Of a stretch of DNA of 64,000 bases, positions 25,717 through 38,554 are shown one piece after another. Numbering within the stretch: position 1 is the stretch's first letter; each line of letters starts with the position of its first letter. The stretch covers positions 7,130,001 through 7,194,000 of the forward strand of contig NC_043025.1 in the NCBI RefSeq assembly GCF_006345805.1. The letters run 5' to 3'. The notes beneath the pieces are model-generated. The model had not been told where the DNA came from. It was given only the letters and a program-made list of their open reading frames with translations, and did not search any database. The stretch comes from Octopus sinensis. Taxonomy: Eukaryota. Position numbers and translations under genes: made by a program.

Positions 25717-26105
25717 GAGTGGCTGTGTGGTAAGTAGCTTGTTTACCAACCACATGGTTCCGGGTTCAGTCCCACTGCGTGGCACCTTGGGCAAGTGTCT
25801 TCTGCTATTGCCCTGGGCCGACCAATGCCTTGTGCGTGGATTTGGTAGACGGAAACTGAAAGAAGCCTGTCGTATATATGTATGTGTGTGTGTTTGTGTG
25901 TCTGTGTTTGTTCCCCTAGCATTGCTTGACAACCAATGCTGGTGTGTTTATGTCCCCGTCACTTAGCGGTTCGGCAAAAAGAGACCGATAGAATAAGTAC
26001 TGGGCTTACAAAAAGAATAAGTCCTGAGGTCGAGTTGCTCGATTAAAGGTGGTGCTCCAGCATGGCCGCAGTCAAATGACTGAAACAAGTAAAAGAGTAA
26101 AAGAG
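25717..26105 (+). mobile_element. SINE A
   Basis: Family A body and tail. Confidence 0.87.
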
Positions 26106-26317
26106 ACAGATTGATAGATGTGTGTGTGTGGATGTGTGGTTAGGAAGCTTGGTTCTGATCCACATCCTTCTGGGTTCAGATGCCACTACATGACACCTGA
26201 AACCTTTTGAGTGAATTTGGTTGGTGGAAGTTCAGTCATGTGTATACATGTGCATGTAAGACTTTGTAGCTCTTTAATAGTAAGAAGAAACGTGTGTGTG
26301 TGTGTGTGTATGTTTAT

Positions 26318-26700
26318 AGGTGCAGGCGTGGCCGTGTGGTAAGAAGCTAGCTTCTGAGCCACATGGTTCCAGGTTCTGTCCCACTACATGGCACCTTGGG
26401 CAAGTGTCTTTTACTATAGCCTCGGGCCGACCAAAGCCTTGGTAGATGGAAACTGAAAGAAGCCCATCGTGTATATAATATATATGTATATATTTGTGTG
26501 TCTGTGTTTGTACATCGCTTGACAACCGATGTTGGTGTGTTTACATCCCCGAAACATTAGTTGTTCGGGCAAAGAGACCGATAGAATAAGTACTGGGCTT
26601 ACAAAGAATGAGTCCTAGGGTCGGTTTGTTCGACTAAAGGCAGTGCTCCAGCATGGCCGCAGTCAAATGACTGAAACAAGTAAAAGAGTAAAAGAAAAGA
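26318..26700 (+). mobile_element. SINE A (diverged)
   Basis: Family A head and tail. Confidence 0.82.
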
Positions 26701-28263
26701 AAAAGGAATACATAGGTGTGGCTGTTTGCTTCCTAATCACGTGGTTCTGAGTTCAGTCCCTCCGCATGGTAGCTTGGGCTGACCAAAATCTCATGAGTAG
26801 ATCTGGTAGACGGAAACTGAAGGAAGCCTGTTGATGTGTGTCTGTGTAGATAGAAAGGTGTGTTTATGTGTGTTCAGCACTTGAAGGCATGTGTGGCCAT
26901 TTGTCTACTAATGTACTCAATATATCTGTCAGCTCTGCACATGTTGTATGTGCAAGACCTTTTGAATAAAGGACTTTCCATGGAAAGCAAAGGCCTCTGA
27001 CCAAGCAAAATTGCCTTAAGAAGTCCCGGCCTATACATTCCAGCTTAGAAAGAATGATTATAGAAAAAGATGTTAAATGTGTGTGTGTGTGTTTGTATCC
27101 CATTGCTTGATAAACGATGTTGGTTTGTTTATGTCCCCCATGATACTTTAACAAAATAGAGGAAACCGAAAGGATAAGTACCAGAATTGAGGGTGATTCG
27201 ATTGAAGGTAACCCTTTGTGGTGGTGCTGTAGCATGGCCACAGGACCATGAATTGAAAGTAGTTAAAGAATAAAAGAAAGTATACCACTTTGTATGGGTG
27301 GGGGTGTTCCTGTCTCTGAATTCATCATCATCATCATCATCATTATTGCTTTCATTCCATGCTTGTATGGGATGTAAGGGTCTTCCCTCTAACAACACCT
27401 CTAGTGGCACACCTTATTACTACATAGAACAGCCCCTTTAAATCTGTTTTCACCACTTTTTATTCCATGTCCTACTCGGCGTCCCTTTCATTTTATTTGC
27501 TTAATACTTCTTCATCCGACTGCCACCCTCCTCCCTAAGCCCCACATTTCGGCAGGATATGCATACACAGGGTGCAAGAGGTATTTGAGGACATATTCGT
27601 TAATTTGATAAAACAACCCTAATCTAGCAAAAACCAAAAACCATTTAAAGCAAATCTGAGCTTATGTTCTTGATAAGCTTTCTTATAAGATTATTCTATA
27701 AATCCACCTTCAGCTTGGGTAACTGCTTCAGTGCAGGGGCAGAATTATTGCCATGACTGTACTAAATGGTCCCTAATCATTTTGGATATCACCAGGGGAA
27801 CAGCAGCCTTCAGGGAAGCTATGAGGATGTTGATTAGTCTTCCTTTAAACAACCCTCCAAACGTAACAGTCGATGGGATTTAGATATGGCGAGTTTGGAG
27901 GCCTCAAATTTAGGGATACATGATTGTAAAGATTGTCTGACCCTGGGTGGTCTTTATGGAGAAGGTGCTGAGTCTTGTTGGGCTAGGTATGGCCTTCCAC
28001 TGCAGACACCATCCATCCAGAGCTTAACAACTTCCACCAGTTCCTCAATGTATCTAGCAGCATTAATTAATAAGACCCTGTGGAAAGACATGAGGGGGCA
28101 TCACATGCCTTTTTCGACTCGGCCACTCCTAAAACTATTGCAGTTGCTGGAAACATAGTGTGTGTCAATTTAGAGACGACAGAAGGATCTGCATTTAACC
28201 ATCTCTCCTGTTGGAAGTTTTGGGTTATGTGGGCTTTGTGAGGTGCTGAGTCTTATTGTAACA

Positions 28264-28646
28264 CTAGCAGTATCGCCCGACGTTGCTCAGGTTTGTAAGG
28301 GAAATAACTATAAAGCATTTTTAGAGAGTTATAGCCAAAAAATAGCAAAAAGATGGGAAAAAAATGATGGTAAATTTTTTTGAGAGTTAAAAAAGGTGGA
28401 GTTGCGTCCCCTAGACGGTCTGTGGTTTGGGTTTCTGATTCTCGACCCCATGTCGAATTTATCGATTTTTTTCAGAACTGGGGGAACTTTTCAAAATTTT
28501 CGCTGCATTAGTTTTGAATTATGACATTGGGCTATGTGTGTGTCAAGTTTCATCAGAATCGGTTGAAAGCCGTGGTCAGGGTGAGGGTACAACCAAACAG
28601 ACACACAGAAAACGCACAGACAAACTGCCGTTTATATAGAGAGAGA
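28264..28646 (-). mobile_element. Non-autonomous Helitron
   Basis: Minus strand A|TCTCTCTCTATATAAACGGCAG...subterminal hairpin (CC.GAGCAACG.CGGG)...CTGCTAG|T, with no TSD. Confidence 0.85.
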
Positions 28647-28898
28647 TACATGGCCTTCCAGTATGTATTTCATCCATCCAGGGCTTAGCAATTCTTCTCT
28701 GGCACCACAGCATATCCAGCAGCATTAATTCTAAGACCTTGTAGAAAGACATGAGATGGCATCGCATGACCTTAATTATTCAGCCACTCCAAAAACCATC
28801 ACAGTTGCTGGAACCTTAATTGTGCATTACTTAATGGACATCAGAAGGATCTACGCTTAACCATCTGCCATCTCCCCTGTTTGATTTCCTGGTCTTTG

Positions 28899-29385
28899 CC
28901 ATCATCATTCATCATTGATCGATTGTGGTCGAGACAGTGGAATTTATCATGCTACGCCAGACTTCACGGGCCATCATGGCATTACGGAGGTCCTGTTGCT
29001 GGATGCCTGTATCCTTGGAGATTACATCAGGGTAGGAGAGTGTGCGCCCTCTGGTATTGCGACTAGATGGCTTCCAGAGGAGAAGAGTAGAAATTGCCTC
29101 TTTTTCAGCTCTACAACAATGTTCAGCAAACTGGACTCTCCTACCTTTCACAAGAGATGACACAGGTGGTAGTTTCCCATATATTTGCATTTTGGTTGGA
29201 TGGCGCTTCCACGAGAGATTTTGAGCTCTCATAAGGAGGCGAGTGTAGGTTCCATCCAACTGCCTATTAAAGAGTGTGTGCCCTCTGGTATCGCGAGCAG
29301 ATGGCTTCCAGAGGAGAAGAGTAGAAATTACCTCTTTTTCAGCTCTACAACAATGTCCAGCAAACTGGACTCTCCTACCTTGTGA
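28899..29385 (-). mobile_element. RTE-clade LINE 3' fragment with internal duplication
   Basis: LPPVSSLVKGRRVQFAEHCCR...LLLWKP...RGRTLSYPDVISKDTG...WR, followed by a (GAT)n tail. Confidence 0.82.
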
Positions 29386-29888
29386 AAGGTCTTTGCCATA
29401 GTTTTTCTCATCAGAGAAGAATCAAAGCATGCCATGTTCTGGAGGACTTTTAACCCACTTGGCATGGATCAAATGGGTTTCCTGTGTCCTTGAAGACATG
29501 AACTGGCCTTTTGTCAGAATACACAACTTGTATCAAATGTCTTCTGTGAACCCTAAATCCTACAGTACCCTCCAATACTTGAAGTTCTTTGGCAATGGTT
29601 CTCATTGATTTTCCAGGATCATCATCAATAACATTTTGAACCTGTTGGAGGATTAATTGCTGTGTCCTCATATTATCTGAACATGTAGAATGTTTTCCAT
29701 CTGTTTGGCACAGTCGAAACATTCCTGCCACAGGCCTCCAATTCCATCCAGACTTTGTGTAGGAAAGATCTTGCAAATTTTTTCACAGTTGTTAGTTGGT
29801 TAATTTTTTGGCTCAAAAAGCAAAAAGCAAGGCCATGTAGGGGGACATGGAGTTATGTACAGGGTGGTGTTCATGTAAAGAGGTCAGG

Positions 29889-30150
29889 CTACTTGTGGTC
29901 AAGGGAGACTTTGAACCAAGCGGTCGTCAGCATCTTCACCATCTCGTCCGGTAGCTTATTCCACGGATCCGCAACCCGGACGGAGAAAGCCACTCTCCTT
30001 CGATTGAGATGAAATCGTCGCAGATAGAGCTTTTCGGAGTGACCCCGCAGCCGACGCTCTGGAGCAGGAGTGAAGAACAGCTCTTTTGAGAGGTTACACT
30101 TTCCGCTTATGATGTTGTGAGCAATTTCTAAATCACTATGTTTTGCACCC
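29889..30150 (-). mobile_element. CR1/L2-type LINE 3' fragment
   Basis: RRLRGHSEKL...RRRVAFSVRVADPWNKLP. Confidence 0.8.
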
Positions 30151-30668
30151 AACGGAAACAGCAACTGCATGTCTTTCCATTTCTTGTGTTAGCATTTTAT
30201 CTGCCATGGGTGGAGTGAATCTAGATAATATGAAAACCCTTAGTTTGAAGAGAGTAATTTACTGATAATTAAGTGTCCTGAAATATCTCTTTTTTCCTGT
30301 AGTTTGTGTATCTCAGAATATATTTATATAAATATGTGAGCATACATATATCTCTGAATAATGTTTATAAATGTTTAATAAACTACAAGTGTGTATGGAT
30401 TAGAGTTTCTTTACATTTATGTATGTGTATGTGTGTCTTTTAATTTATCTAAATCTCTATAAATTGTGTGTGTGTGTGTGTAAATGTATATATGTTTGTG
30501 ACTAGATATATGTGTGTGTGTGTGTGTGTATCTAGTTAGCTGAGGAACTGCAGCGATTCTGGGTAGAAGAATTTGGTGCCAATGCTCTTACCAAAGACCC
30601 TTTTTTTTAGTCGGGGTAAGTTCATTGTCATGAAACTACAGGGTCATGAGTCACCGTAGTTTCTCTGG

Positions 30669-30954
30669 CTAATAGTGTGTGTGTGCGTGTGTGTTTGTGT
30701 ACACACGTACACATTTGAATACACACACATACATATATATACACATATACATATACACACACACACATATATATACACACACATACATATACATATACAT
30801 ACATATATATTTAATGTACATATATATATATATATGCGCATATATATGTGTATGTATATATGTACATATATATGTGTGTATATATTTATGTGTGTGTGTA
30901 TGTGTATATGTGCATGTATATATGTGTATATATGTATGCATATGTGTGTGTGTT

Positions 30955-30997
<43 letters not shown>

Positions 30998-31005
30998 GTA
31001 TGTAA
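30669..31005. repeat. (TG/CA/TA)n microsatellite
   Basis: Direct reading of the sequence. Confidence 0.9.
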
Positions 31006-31362
31006 TAGTAACTTATAAACCTTCAAGAAAATATGAAATAATAATTTCCTGCAACGGTGGACCTTGAAGCGCAAAAGCTATAAATGATAGCATGTAAATA
31101 TTTGCTCGGAAAACCCATGGCACCCTTCGGAGTTTTCTGTTCAAAATGGATTTTCAACCCAACCTTTTACATGCTTATCATCTATAGCTTATGCGCTTCA
31201 AGATCCACCGTTCCAAAAAATCATATAATGAAACCTAGAAACCTGTATGGTATATATTACTGGTGTGTATATGTGTATATATATCTCTCTCTTAAGTGTG
31301 TGTGTGTATATACATTTATATCTATATATATACTCTGCCTAATTCTCTTGTCATTTTCCCCT

Positions 31363-31398
<36 letters not shown>

Positions 31399-31440
31399 CT
31401 GTCCCCTTCTGCCCCTCTCCCCCTCCTTGTCTTCCTCCAG

Positions 31441-31572
31441 TCGAAGAGCAACACCAACATCAGGCGACAACCCAGTGGCTACATTGTGTTTGCCGGAGAG
31501 ATCCGCAAGCAGATCCAACAGGAGAATCCGGACTGTTCTTTCGGAGACATCAGCCGGATAGTCGGAACCAAG
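31441..31572 (+). CDS. PBRM1: Polybromo-1 exon, HMG box N-half
   Basis: ctccag|TCG...AAG|gtatgt. SKSNTNIRRQPSGYIVFAGEIRKQIQQENPDCSFGDISRIVGTK is an HMG box (SGYILF...HPDYSFGELSRLVGTE). Confidence 0.96.
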
Positions 31573-32996
31573 GTATGTTTGAGTGTTGTCGTGTCACCTG
31601 TCGGGCGTGGCCTTGCAGTTGTCGATGTTGTCGTCGTTGTTGTTGTGTTTTTTTTTTGTTGTTGTTGTCGTCATTAATTGGTTGTTAATTATCCTCTGTG
31701 TGCTGGGATCAGATTGACAGAATCTCTGGATTGTAGGATGAAATGTCTTGCGATATTCCTTCCGATGCCCTGTGTTGAGAGTTCGAATCCTGCCGTGGTC
31801 AACTTCCCCGTTCACCCCCTTTTGGGTCAATAAAATATAAAATCATCAGTCTGCTACGGTGGACCAGTAGAATCGGTTGAGTGTCAGACAAACTGGTTTG
31901 TGGTATTTGTTCTGGGTTCATATTCAACCAAGATCAGCTTTTCCGTTCAGCCTTCCATGGGTCAATAAAAATATAGCACCAATCCACTGCAATGTACTGA
32001 CAGAATCGGTAGAGCATCGGACAGAATATCTTGCAGCATTTTTTCCGGTGCTAAGAGATCAAATCCTATATTTTTACTGACCCCTTTTTGGGGTCAATAA
32101 AAATATAGCACCAGTGTACAGTAGAGAACTGACACAATCAGTAGAGCTTAGAATGTCAGAAAAACTTTTTGTGGGATTTATTGCAGTTCTGTAGTTTCTA
32201 AGTTCAAAACCCACCCTGGTCAACTCTTGTTTTTTTTTTTTTTTTTTTTTTTTTTTAATCCTTTTGGGGTCGATAATATGTAATAGCTAATTCAAGCAAT
32301 AGCTTGGCACGGAACCGTGAGAGCATCAGACAAAATGCTTTTCCAACTGGCTGTCCTCTGAGTTCAAAACTCACCACAGTCAACCACGCTTCTTGCCCTT
32401 CTGGGGTCGTTAGCAAGTACCTGTGCTCTTTGACTAAAATAATCTTGAGTGCAAAACACACCTATGGTCAAAGATTTCCAGCTGCTTTGGGGCCCTACAA
32501 CTTCCCCAGCCCAGATTATAAACCTCCATGTGCACCTGTAAACCTTGGTACACTTAGCCATGCTACCGAGTGTCTGCACAATATTCCGTGAAAGCTGGGG
32601 TTTTCAAACACCAGCTAACTACATCTCTTTCTTTCTCTCTTGCCATTTGTCGTGTTCCTTTGTCATCTCCGTTCCGAGATAAATCTCCACCTCGTCTTCC
32701 TACGTCTCCCTTGCTTTTCCTTCCGCTTGAACCTCCTGCTACTTCGTTAGTCGTCGGTCGTCTCCAATACTCACCACGTATCCGTAACAGCGTCGCTTCT
32801 CCCATGCATACCACAACCCTTACCGCTTGCATCCAGGTTTTCTCTCAGCTTATTTACGCTCCATCATTAACATACACTAACATTACGCATCCGGCCGAGC
32901 GAGCTCGATTTTCATTCCTTTCCAGCCATTGCACATTATCCATTTCCATTATTTATTATTATACTGTAAAGTGACATTGTACTTCAAAAGAAACAT

Positions 32997-33397
32997 AGGC
33001 GCAGGAGTGGCTGTGTGGTAAGTAGCTTGCTAACCAACCACATGGTTCCGGGTTCAGTCCCACTGCGTGGCATCTTGGGCAAGTGTCTTCTACTATAGCC
33101 TCGGGCCGACCAAAGCCTTGTGAGTGGATTTGGTAGACGGAAACTGAAAGAAGCCTGTCGTATATATGTATATATATATACGTATGTGTGTGTTTGTGTG
33201 TCTGTCCCCCTAGCATTGCTTGACAGCCAATGCTGGTGTGTTTACGTACCCGTCACTTAGCGGTTCGGCAAAAGAGACTGATAAAATAAGTACTGGGCTT
33301 ACAAAGAATAAGTCCCGGGGTCGATTTGCTCGACTAAAAGTGGTGCTCCAGCATGGCCGCAGTCAAATGACTGAAACAAGTAACACAGTAAAAGAGT
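32997..33397 (+). mobile_element. SINE A
   Basis: Full family A copy. Confidence 0.88.
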
Positions 33398-33583
33398 ACC
33401 CACCCTTCACTCGGTGACAGAATCCTTTTGTTACCTACAGAGGTAAAAACAGCTCCCTCAGCTTTTCCAACCCCCATTTATTGTTTGCTCTGGCTGCTGC
33501 GTTTTCAGAACACTCCTCATCACTGTGTATTAAGTCATACAGGTTACAGCAGCTATCGATTGCCCCTTAAGAAACTTCTAAGC

Positions 33584-33762
33584 CAGTGCTTTTCAAACTT
33601 TTTGCTCGAGCGGAACCCCAAGGAAACATTCCACTGGCTTGAGGAACCCCTGTGCAATAATTTAATAGTCTTATGCACACATATCTGCACAGGAGACTTA
33701 AAAATTACTGCCGATTTTAGCAGTTTTGTAACTTCTTGCGGAACCCTGGTTGAAAACCACTG
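33584..33762. mobile_element. hAT-type MITE with 8-bp TSD
   Basis: TTCTAAGC|CAGTGCTTTTCAA...TTGAAAACCACTG|TTCTAAGC. Confidence 0.9.
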
Positions 33763-33896
33763 TTCTAAGCATTTCAAAGGATTTGTTTCAAGGATGCAGC
33801 TGTTTTCTCTGTCAAGTGATTCTGTAAGCAGAACATAAAAAATATGCAAGATTTTTCAAACATTTATCTTGTAATGGTACACTGCTGTGTTTTTGT

Positions 33897-34405
33897 CATC
33901 ATCATCGTTTAGCGTCCGCTTTCCATGCTGGCATGGCTTGGCCGGTTCAACTGGGGTCTGGGAAGCCAGAAGGCTGCATGAGAGCCAGTCTGATCTGGCA
34001 ATGTTTCTACAGCTGGATGCCCTTCCTAACGCCAACCAGTCCGTGAGTGTAGTGGGTGCTTTTTACGTGCCACTGGCACGGAGGCCAGGCGAGGCTGGCA
34101 AACAGTTACGATCAGACGGTGCTTTTTACGTGCCACCGGCACGGAGGCCAGGCGAGGCTGGCAACGGCCATGATCGGATGGTGCTTTTTACATGCCTCCG
34201 GCACGGTAGCCAGTTGGGGCAGCACGGCACTGGTATCACAGCTACAATTTCCATTGATGTTGATCGATTTTGATTTTGATTTTCACTTGCCTCAACAGGT
34301 CTTCACAAGTAGAGTTTTGTGTCCCAAGAAGGAAAGGTATGCATAAGTGGACTGAGACCATGGGTTATGGTCTCACTTGTCCTGCCGGGTCTTCTCACGC
34401 ACAGC
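33897..34405 (-). mobile_element. SINE-like family C, long copy
   Basis: Core plus two 63-bp units and an extended 5' region shared with 6028-6510. Confidence 0.8.
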
Positions 34406-34634
34406 ATCTCAGTTCAAAATATGGAATATGGTGTCTTCATTACAAAACTGGCCCCTTCTTTATAGCAAGGATTCACAGAGTTAAGATATTTAGTTACACG
34501 TATGTTTGATCTCCATAAGATAATACAGTAAAGTGTTCCCTTGAAGACCTGTTGTTGTCAAGCATTCAGTTGCGAGTGGAACATCCAATGCAGATGTTCC
34601 GCATAAACAAGTGGTGAAACGTACGCAGGAATGA

Positions 34635-34864
34635 CCGGCAAGTTGGCAGAAACGTTAGCACGCTGGGCGAAATGCGTAGCCATATTTCGTCTGCCGTTAC
34701 GTTCCGGGTTCAAATTCCGCCGAGGTCGACTTTGCCTTTCATCCTTTCGGGGTCGATAAATTAAGTACCAGTTATGCACTGGGGGTCGATATAATCGACT
34801 TAATCCGTTTGTCTGTCCTTGTTTGTCCTCTCTGTGATTAGCCCCTTGTGGGTAGTAAAGAAAT
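34635..34864 (+). mobile_element. SINE B with probable 8-bp TSD (AGGAATGA)
   Basis: Very similar to 2504-2730. AGGAATGA occurs on both sides. Confidence 0.82.
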
Positions 34865-36167
34865 AGGAATGATCACCATCATCATCGTCATTATTATTTA
34901 ACGTCTGTTTTTCCATGCTGTCATGGGTCGGACAGTTTGACAGGAGTTGGCAAGCTGGAGGACTGTGCCAGGCTCTGTTGTCTACATCAACATTCTTTCT
35001 ACAGCTGGATGCCCTTCCTAATGCCAACCACTTTGCAGAGAGCATTGGGTGCTTCTTATGTGGTACCAACATATCTTTATCTTTTAATTGTTTCAGTCAT
35101 TTGACTGCGGCCATGCTGGAGCACCACCTTTAATCGAGCAACGGTTGTCAAGCAATGCTAGGGGGACAAACAACCATCTGATACCATTTTGCTCTGAAAA
35201 AAATTTTTCTACAAACAATACTGTAAAGTGGTTGGCATTTGGAAGGGCATCCAGCTGTAAAAATCATGCCAAAACTGACCTCACCGGAACAAATTTAGCA
35301 ATTTTTGGCAAAATATGTACCCTTTTGCCAAGTTATGATAAAAAGTTAGTGAAATATTTAAAATGTTTACAGTTGGATAGATAGATAAATATAACAAAAT
35401 AATTTGACAAAAAATGTGAAGTTTTAATTATTTTCTGAGATTTTACAAAAGCAACAAAAATATATTAAAAAAATATTTTATTAAAAAAAAATATGCCACG
35501 TAAAAAGCATTGAGTCCATTATGTGAAGTGGTTGGTGTTAGGAAAGGCATCCAGGAATTAAAAAAATCATGCTAAAACAGAAATGGAAGCCTGGGGGTAG
35601 TCTTCTACCTGGCCAGCTCGTGTCAACCATCCTACCCATGCATGCATCGAAGCTGGATGTTAAATGATGATGATGATGATGATGACTGGTAATAGAAATA
35701 AAAGGAAAAGGTTAGGGAATAAAAGTGTGATATTTTGGAGACGGTCCTTTGCAGGACACTAGAGGAAAGTCCAGAAGAGACTAGGAAGAGAGGAAAGGAG
35801 ACATAAAGGAAAAAAAAGGCTTAGCTTTGATTACAAGGGATCCTTAAATGATCAATGTACATCAAAGTGAAGCACAACCCCCAACTGACCAGACGGAATA
35901 GCGCAAAACAGTTAAGTAATCCATTATCATCACAGGAAATGCATTGACTTGTTGACCTGTTGATTAATTACCACGTCATGTCACTGCTCACTTTTTTATT
36001 GGGTTAGCCTGATGAGTTGGGAGTGATGTAACATATTATATAATCTTATGGATGTTGTGCATACTGCATACCTGACTATACTATGCTTATCTCACAATAA
36101 ACTTTACAAAACAATCAATTGTAGCAATACTACATAATCTATTAATCTGTTTATATAATGTGTGTGT

Positions 36168-36510
36168 GAAGGCACATGGGTCAGTGGTTAGAGCGTTGGG
36201 CTCACAACTATGAAGTAGTGGGTTCAATTCCTGGCCTGGGCTGTGTGTTGTGTTCTTGAGCAAAACACTTTATTTCACATTGCTCCAGTTCGCTCAGCTG
36301 TAGAAATGAGTTGCGACGTCACAGGTGCCAAGCTGTATCGGCTCCTTTGCCTTTCTCTTGGATAACACCTGTGGCAAAGAGAGGGGAGGTATGGTATGCA
36401 TGGGTGACTGGTGGTCTTTCATAAACAAACTTGCCCAGAGTTGTACCTCAGAGGGGAACTTTCTAGGTGGAATCCCATGGTTATTCATGACCAAAGGGAG
36501 TCCTTTAACC
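36168..36510 (+). mobile_element. tRNA-derived SINE-like element, family E
   Basis: A box TGGGTCAGTGG and B box GGTTCAATTCC. Inverted homologue at ~48660-48975. Confidence 0.78.
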
Positions 36511-36681
36511 AAAAAAATCCTTTTCTATAAAATTCAACCTCCAAAATCTGAGGTTTTTTAAGTGGTAGAAACACAACAAAGGGATTGCTCAGTCACTTGC
36601 ATGTTAATTGCATGAGCAAGCTGTTCTGTTGATCGTATGAGTTGAGACCCTCGACGTCATAACTGGCAGAGTGCCGCTACA

Positions 36682-37066
36682 GAGTGACTGTGTGGTAAGT
36701 AGCTTGCTAACCAACCACATGGTTCCGGGTTCAGTCCCACTGCGTGGCATCTTGGGCAAGTGTCTCCTGCTATAGCCCCGGGCCGACCAAAGCCTTGTGA
36801 ACGGATTTGGTAGGCAGAAACTGAAAGAAGCCTGTCGTATATATGTATGTATATATTTGTGTGTCTGTGTTTGTCCCCCTAGCATTGCTTGACAACCGAT
36901 GCTGGTGTGTTTATGTCCCCGTCACTTAGTGGTTCGGCAAAGGAGACCGATAGAATAAGTACTGGGCTTACAAAAGAATAAGTCCCGGGGTCGATTTGTT
37001 TGACTAAAGGCGGTGCTCCAGCATGGCCGCAGTCAAATGACTGAAACAAGTAAAAGAGTAAAAGAG
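36682..37066 (+). mobile_element. SINE A
   Basis: Family A body and tail. Confidence 0.87.
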
Positions 37067-37079
37067 AATATATGCACAC

Positions 37080-37427
37080 AGTTTGTGACAGACCTTGCCT
37101 TTCTTTTGCTGAGCTCGAATCTCATTTGTGAACCCATGGAAAACGAACCTCCACCAACGATTCCGCCTATATGCCTGTGCACACTTGTCAATGCTGGTTA
37201 TGCCAGAAGGTCTGCAAATCCAACAGAGGCCTCAAGAGACATTTTAAGATCCACAAAGAGCAGAACTTATCTGCAGCTGTTGGTGGTCCAAAGCAGATAT
37301 GCAATCTATGTGGGTGTCTTTTCAGAACATTGTCTGGTTTAAAAAATAGCCACATCAGATGCCATGATGGGTCTAAGGTGCAAGTACAGGTGGTGGTCAA
37401 AGTCTGCATACGGAGAAGACAACCACC
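37080..37427 (+). mobile_element. LINE (RTE-like) 3' end with two C2H2-like motifs
   Basis: CWLCQKVCKSNRGLKRHFKIH and CNLCGCLFRTLSGLKNSHIRCH. Ends ACAACCACCA(TA)n. Confidence 0.72.
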
Positions 37428-37461
<34 letters not shown>

Positions 37462-37688
37462 ACACACATATATATATTCTTTTACTTGTTTCAGTCTACT
37501 CAAGGCTTTGGTCGGCCCAAGGCTATAGTAGACGACACTGGCCCAAGGTGCCATGCAGTGGGACTGAACCCGCAATCATGTGGTTGGGAAGCAAGCTTCT
37601 TAACACCTGCATATATGTATATATATATTTGTATATACGTGTGTGTGTATGTATGTATATATATATATCTATATATATATATATATCA

Positions 37689-38480
37689 ATCATCATCATC
37701 GTTTAGCGTCCGCTTTCCATGCTAGCATGGGTTGGACAGTGCAACTGGGGTCTGGGAAGCCAGGAGGCTGCACCAGGCTCCAGTCTGATCTGGCAATGTT
37801 TCTACGGCTGGATGCCCTTCCTAACGCCAACCACTCCATGAGTGTAGTTGGTGCTTTTTACGTGCCACCGGCACAGGGGCCAGACGAGGCTGGCAAACGG
37901 CCACGATCGGATGGTGCTTTTTACGTGCCACCGGCACAGGGGCCAGACGAGGCTGGCAAACGGCCACGGTCGGATGGTGCTTTTTACGTACCACCGGCAC
38001 AGGGGCCAGACGAGGCTGGCAAACGGCCACGGTCGGATGGTGCTTTTTACGTGCCACCGGCACAGGGGCCAGACGAGGCTGGCAAACGGCCACGGTCGGA
38101 TGGTGCTTTTTACGTGCCACCGGCACAGGGGCCAGACGAGGCTGGCAAACGGCCACGGTCGGATGGTGCTTTTTACGTGCCACCGGCACAGGGGCCAGAC
38201 GAGGCTGGCAAACGGCCACGATCGGATGGTGCTTTTTACGTGCCACCGGCACAGGGGCCAGACGAGGCTGGCAAACGGCCACGATCGGATGGTGCTTTTT
38301 ACGTGCCACCGGCACAGGGGCCAGACGAGGCTGGCAAACGGCCACGGTCGGATGATGCTTTTTACATCCCACCGGCACGAGGGCCAGGCGAAGCTGGCAA
38401 TGGCCAATCCGTTTTCCATGCTGGTATGGGTTGGATGGTTTGACAGGAGCTGGCAAGAGAGAGGGCTGCGCCAGGCTCCA
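37689..38480 (-). mobile_element. SINE-like family C with 8.5 near-identical internal 63-bp units
   Basis: GGTGCTTTTTACGTGCCACCGGCACAGGGGCCAGACGAGGCTGGCAAACGGCCACG.TCGGAT repeats with period 63 from 37850. Confidence 0.9.
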
Positions 38481-38554
38481 CACACCTATGTGTATATACC
38501 GAGTGAGAATGTATGTATGTATATTTGATGTGTTTGTCTTCGATATTTTTGCAG

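Larger units (their letters stand above)
27568..30299 (-). mobile_element. Decayed full-length maT/DD37D-like transposon with three nested insertions
   Basis: Inverted ends CAGG....AAGAG.TATTT.AGGACA. Remnants KSMRTIAKELQV (HTH), FFSDEKN, QQDSAP, PPNSP.LNPIDCYVW and EGGFIE*. Confidence 0.8.

Noticed and set aside
32997-33075. tRNA-like sequence at SINE heads
   Set aside because: A/B boxes continue into SINE bodies present in many copies, and there is no complete cloverleaf.
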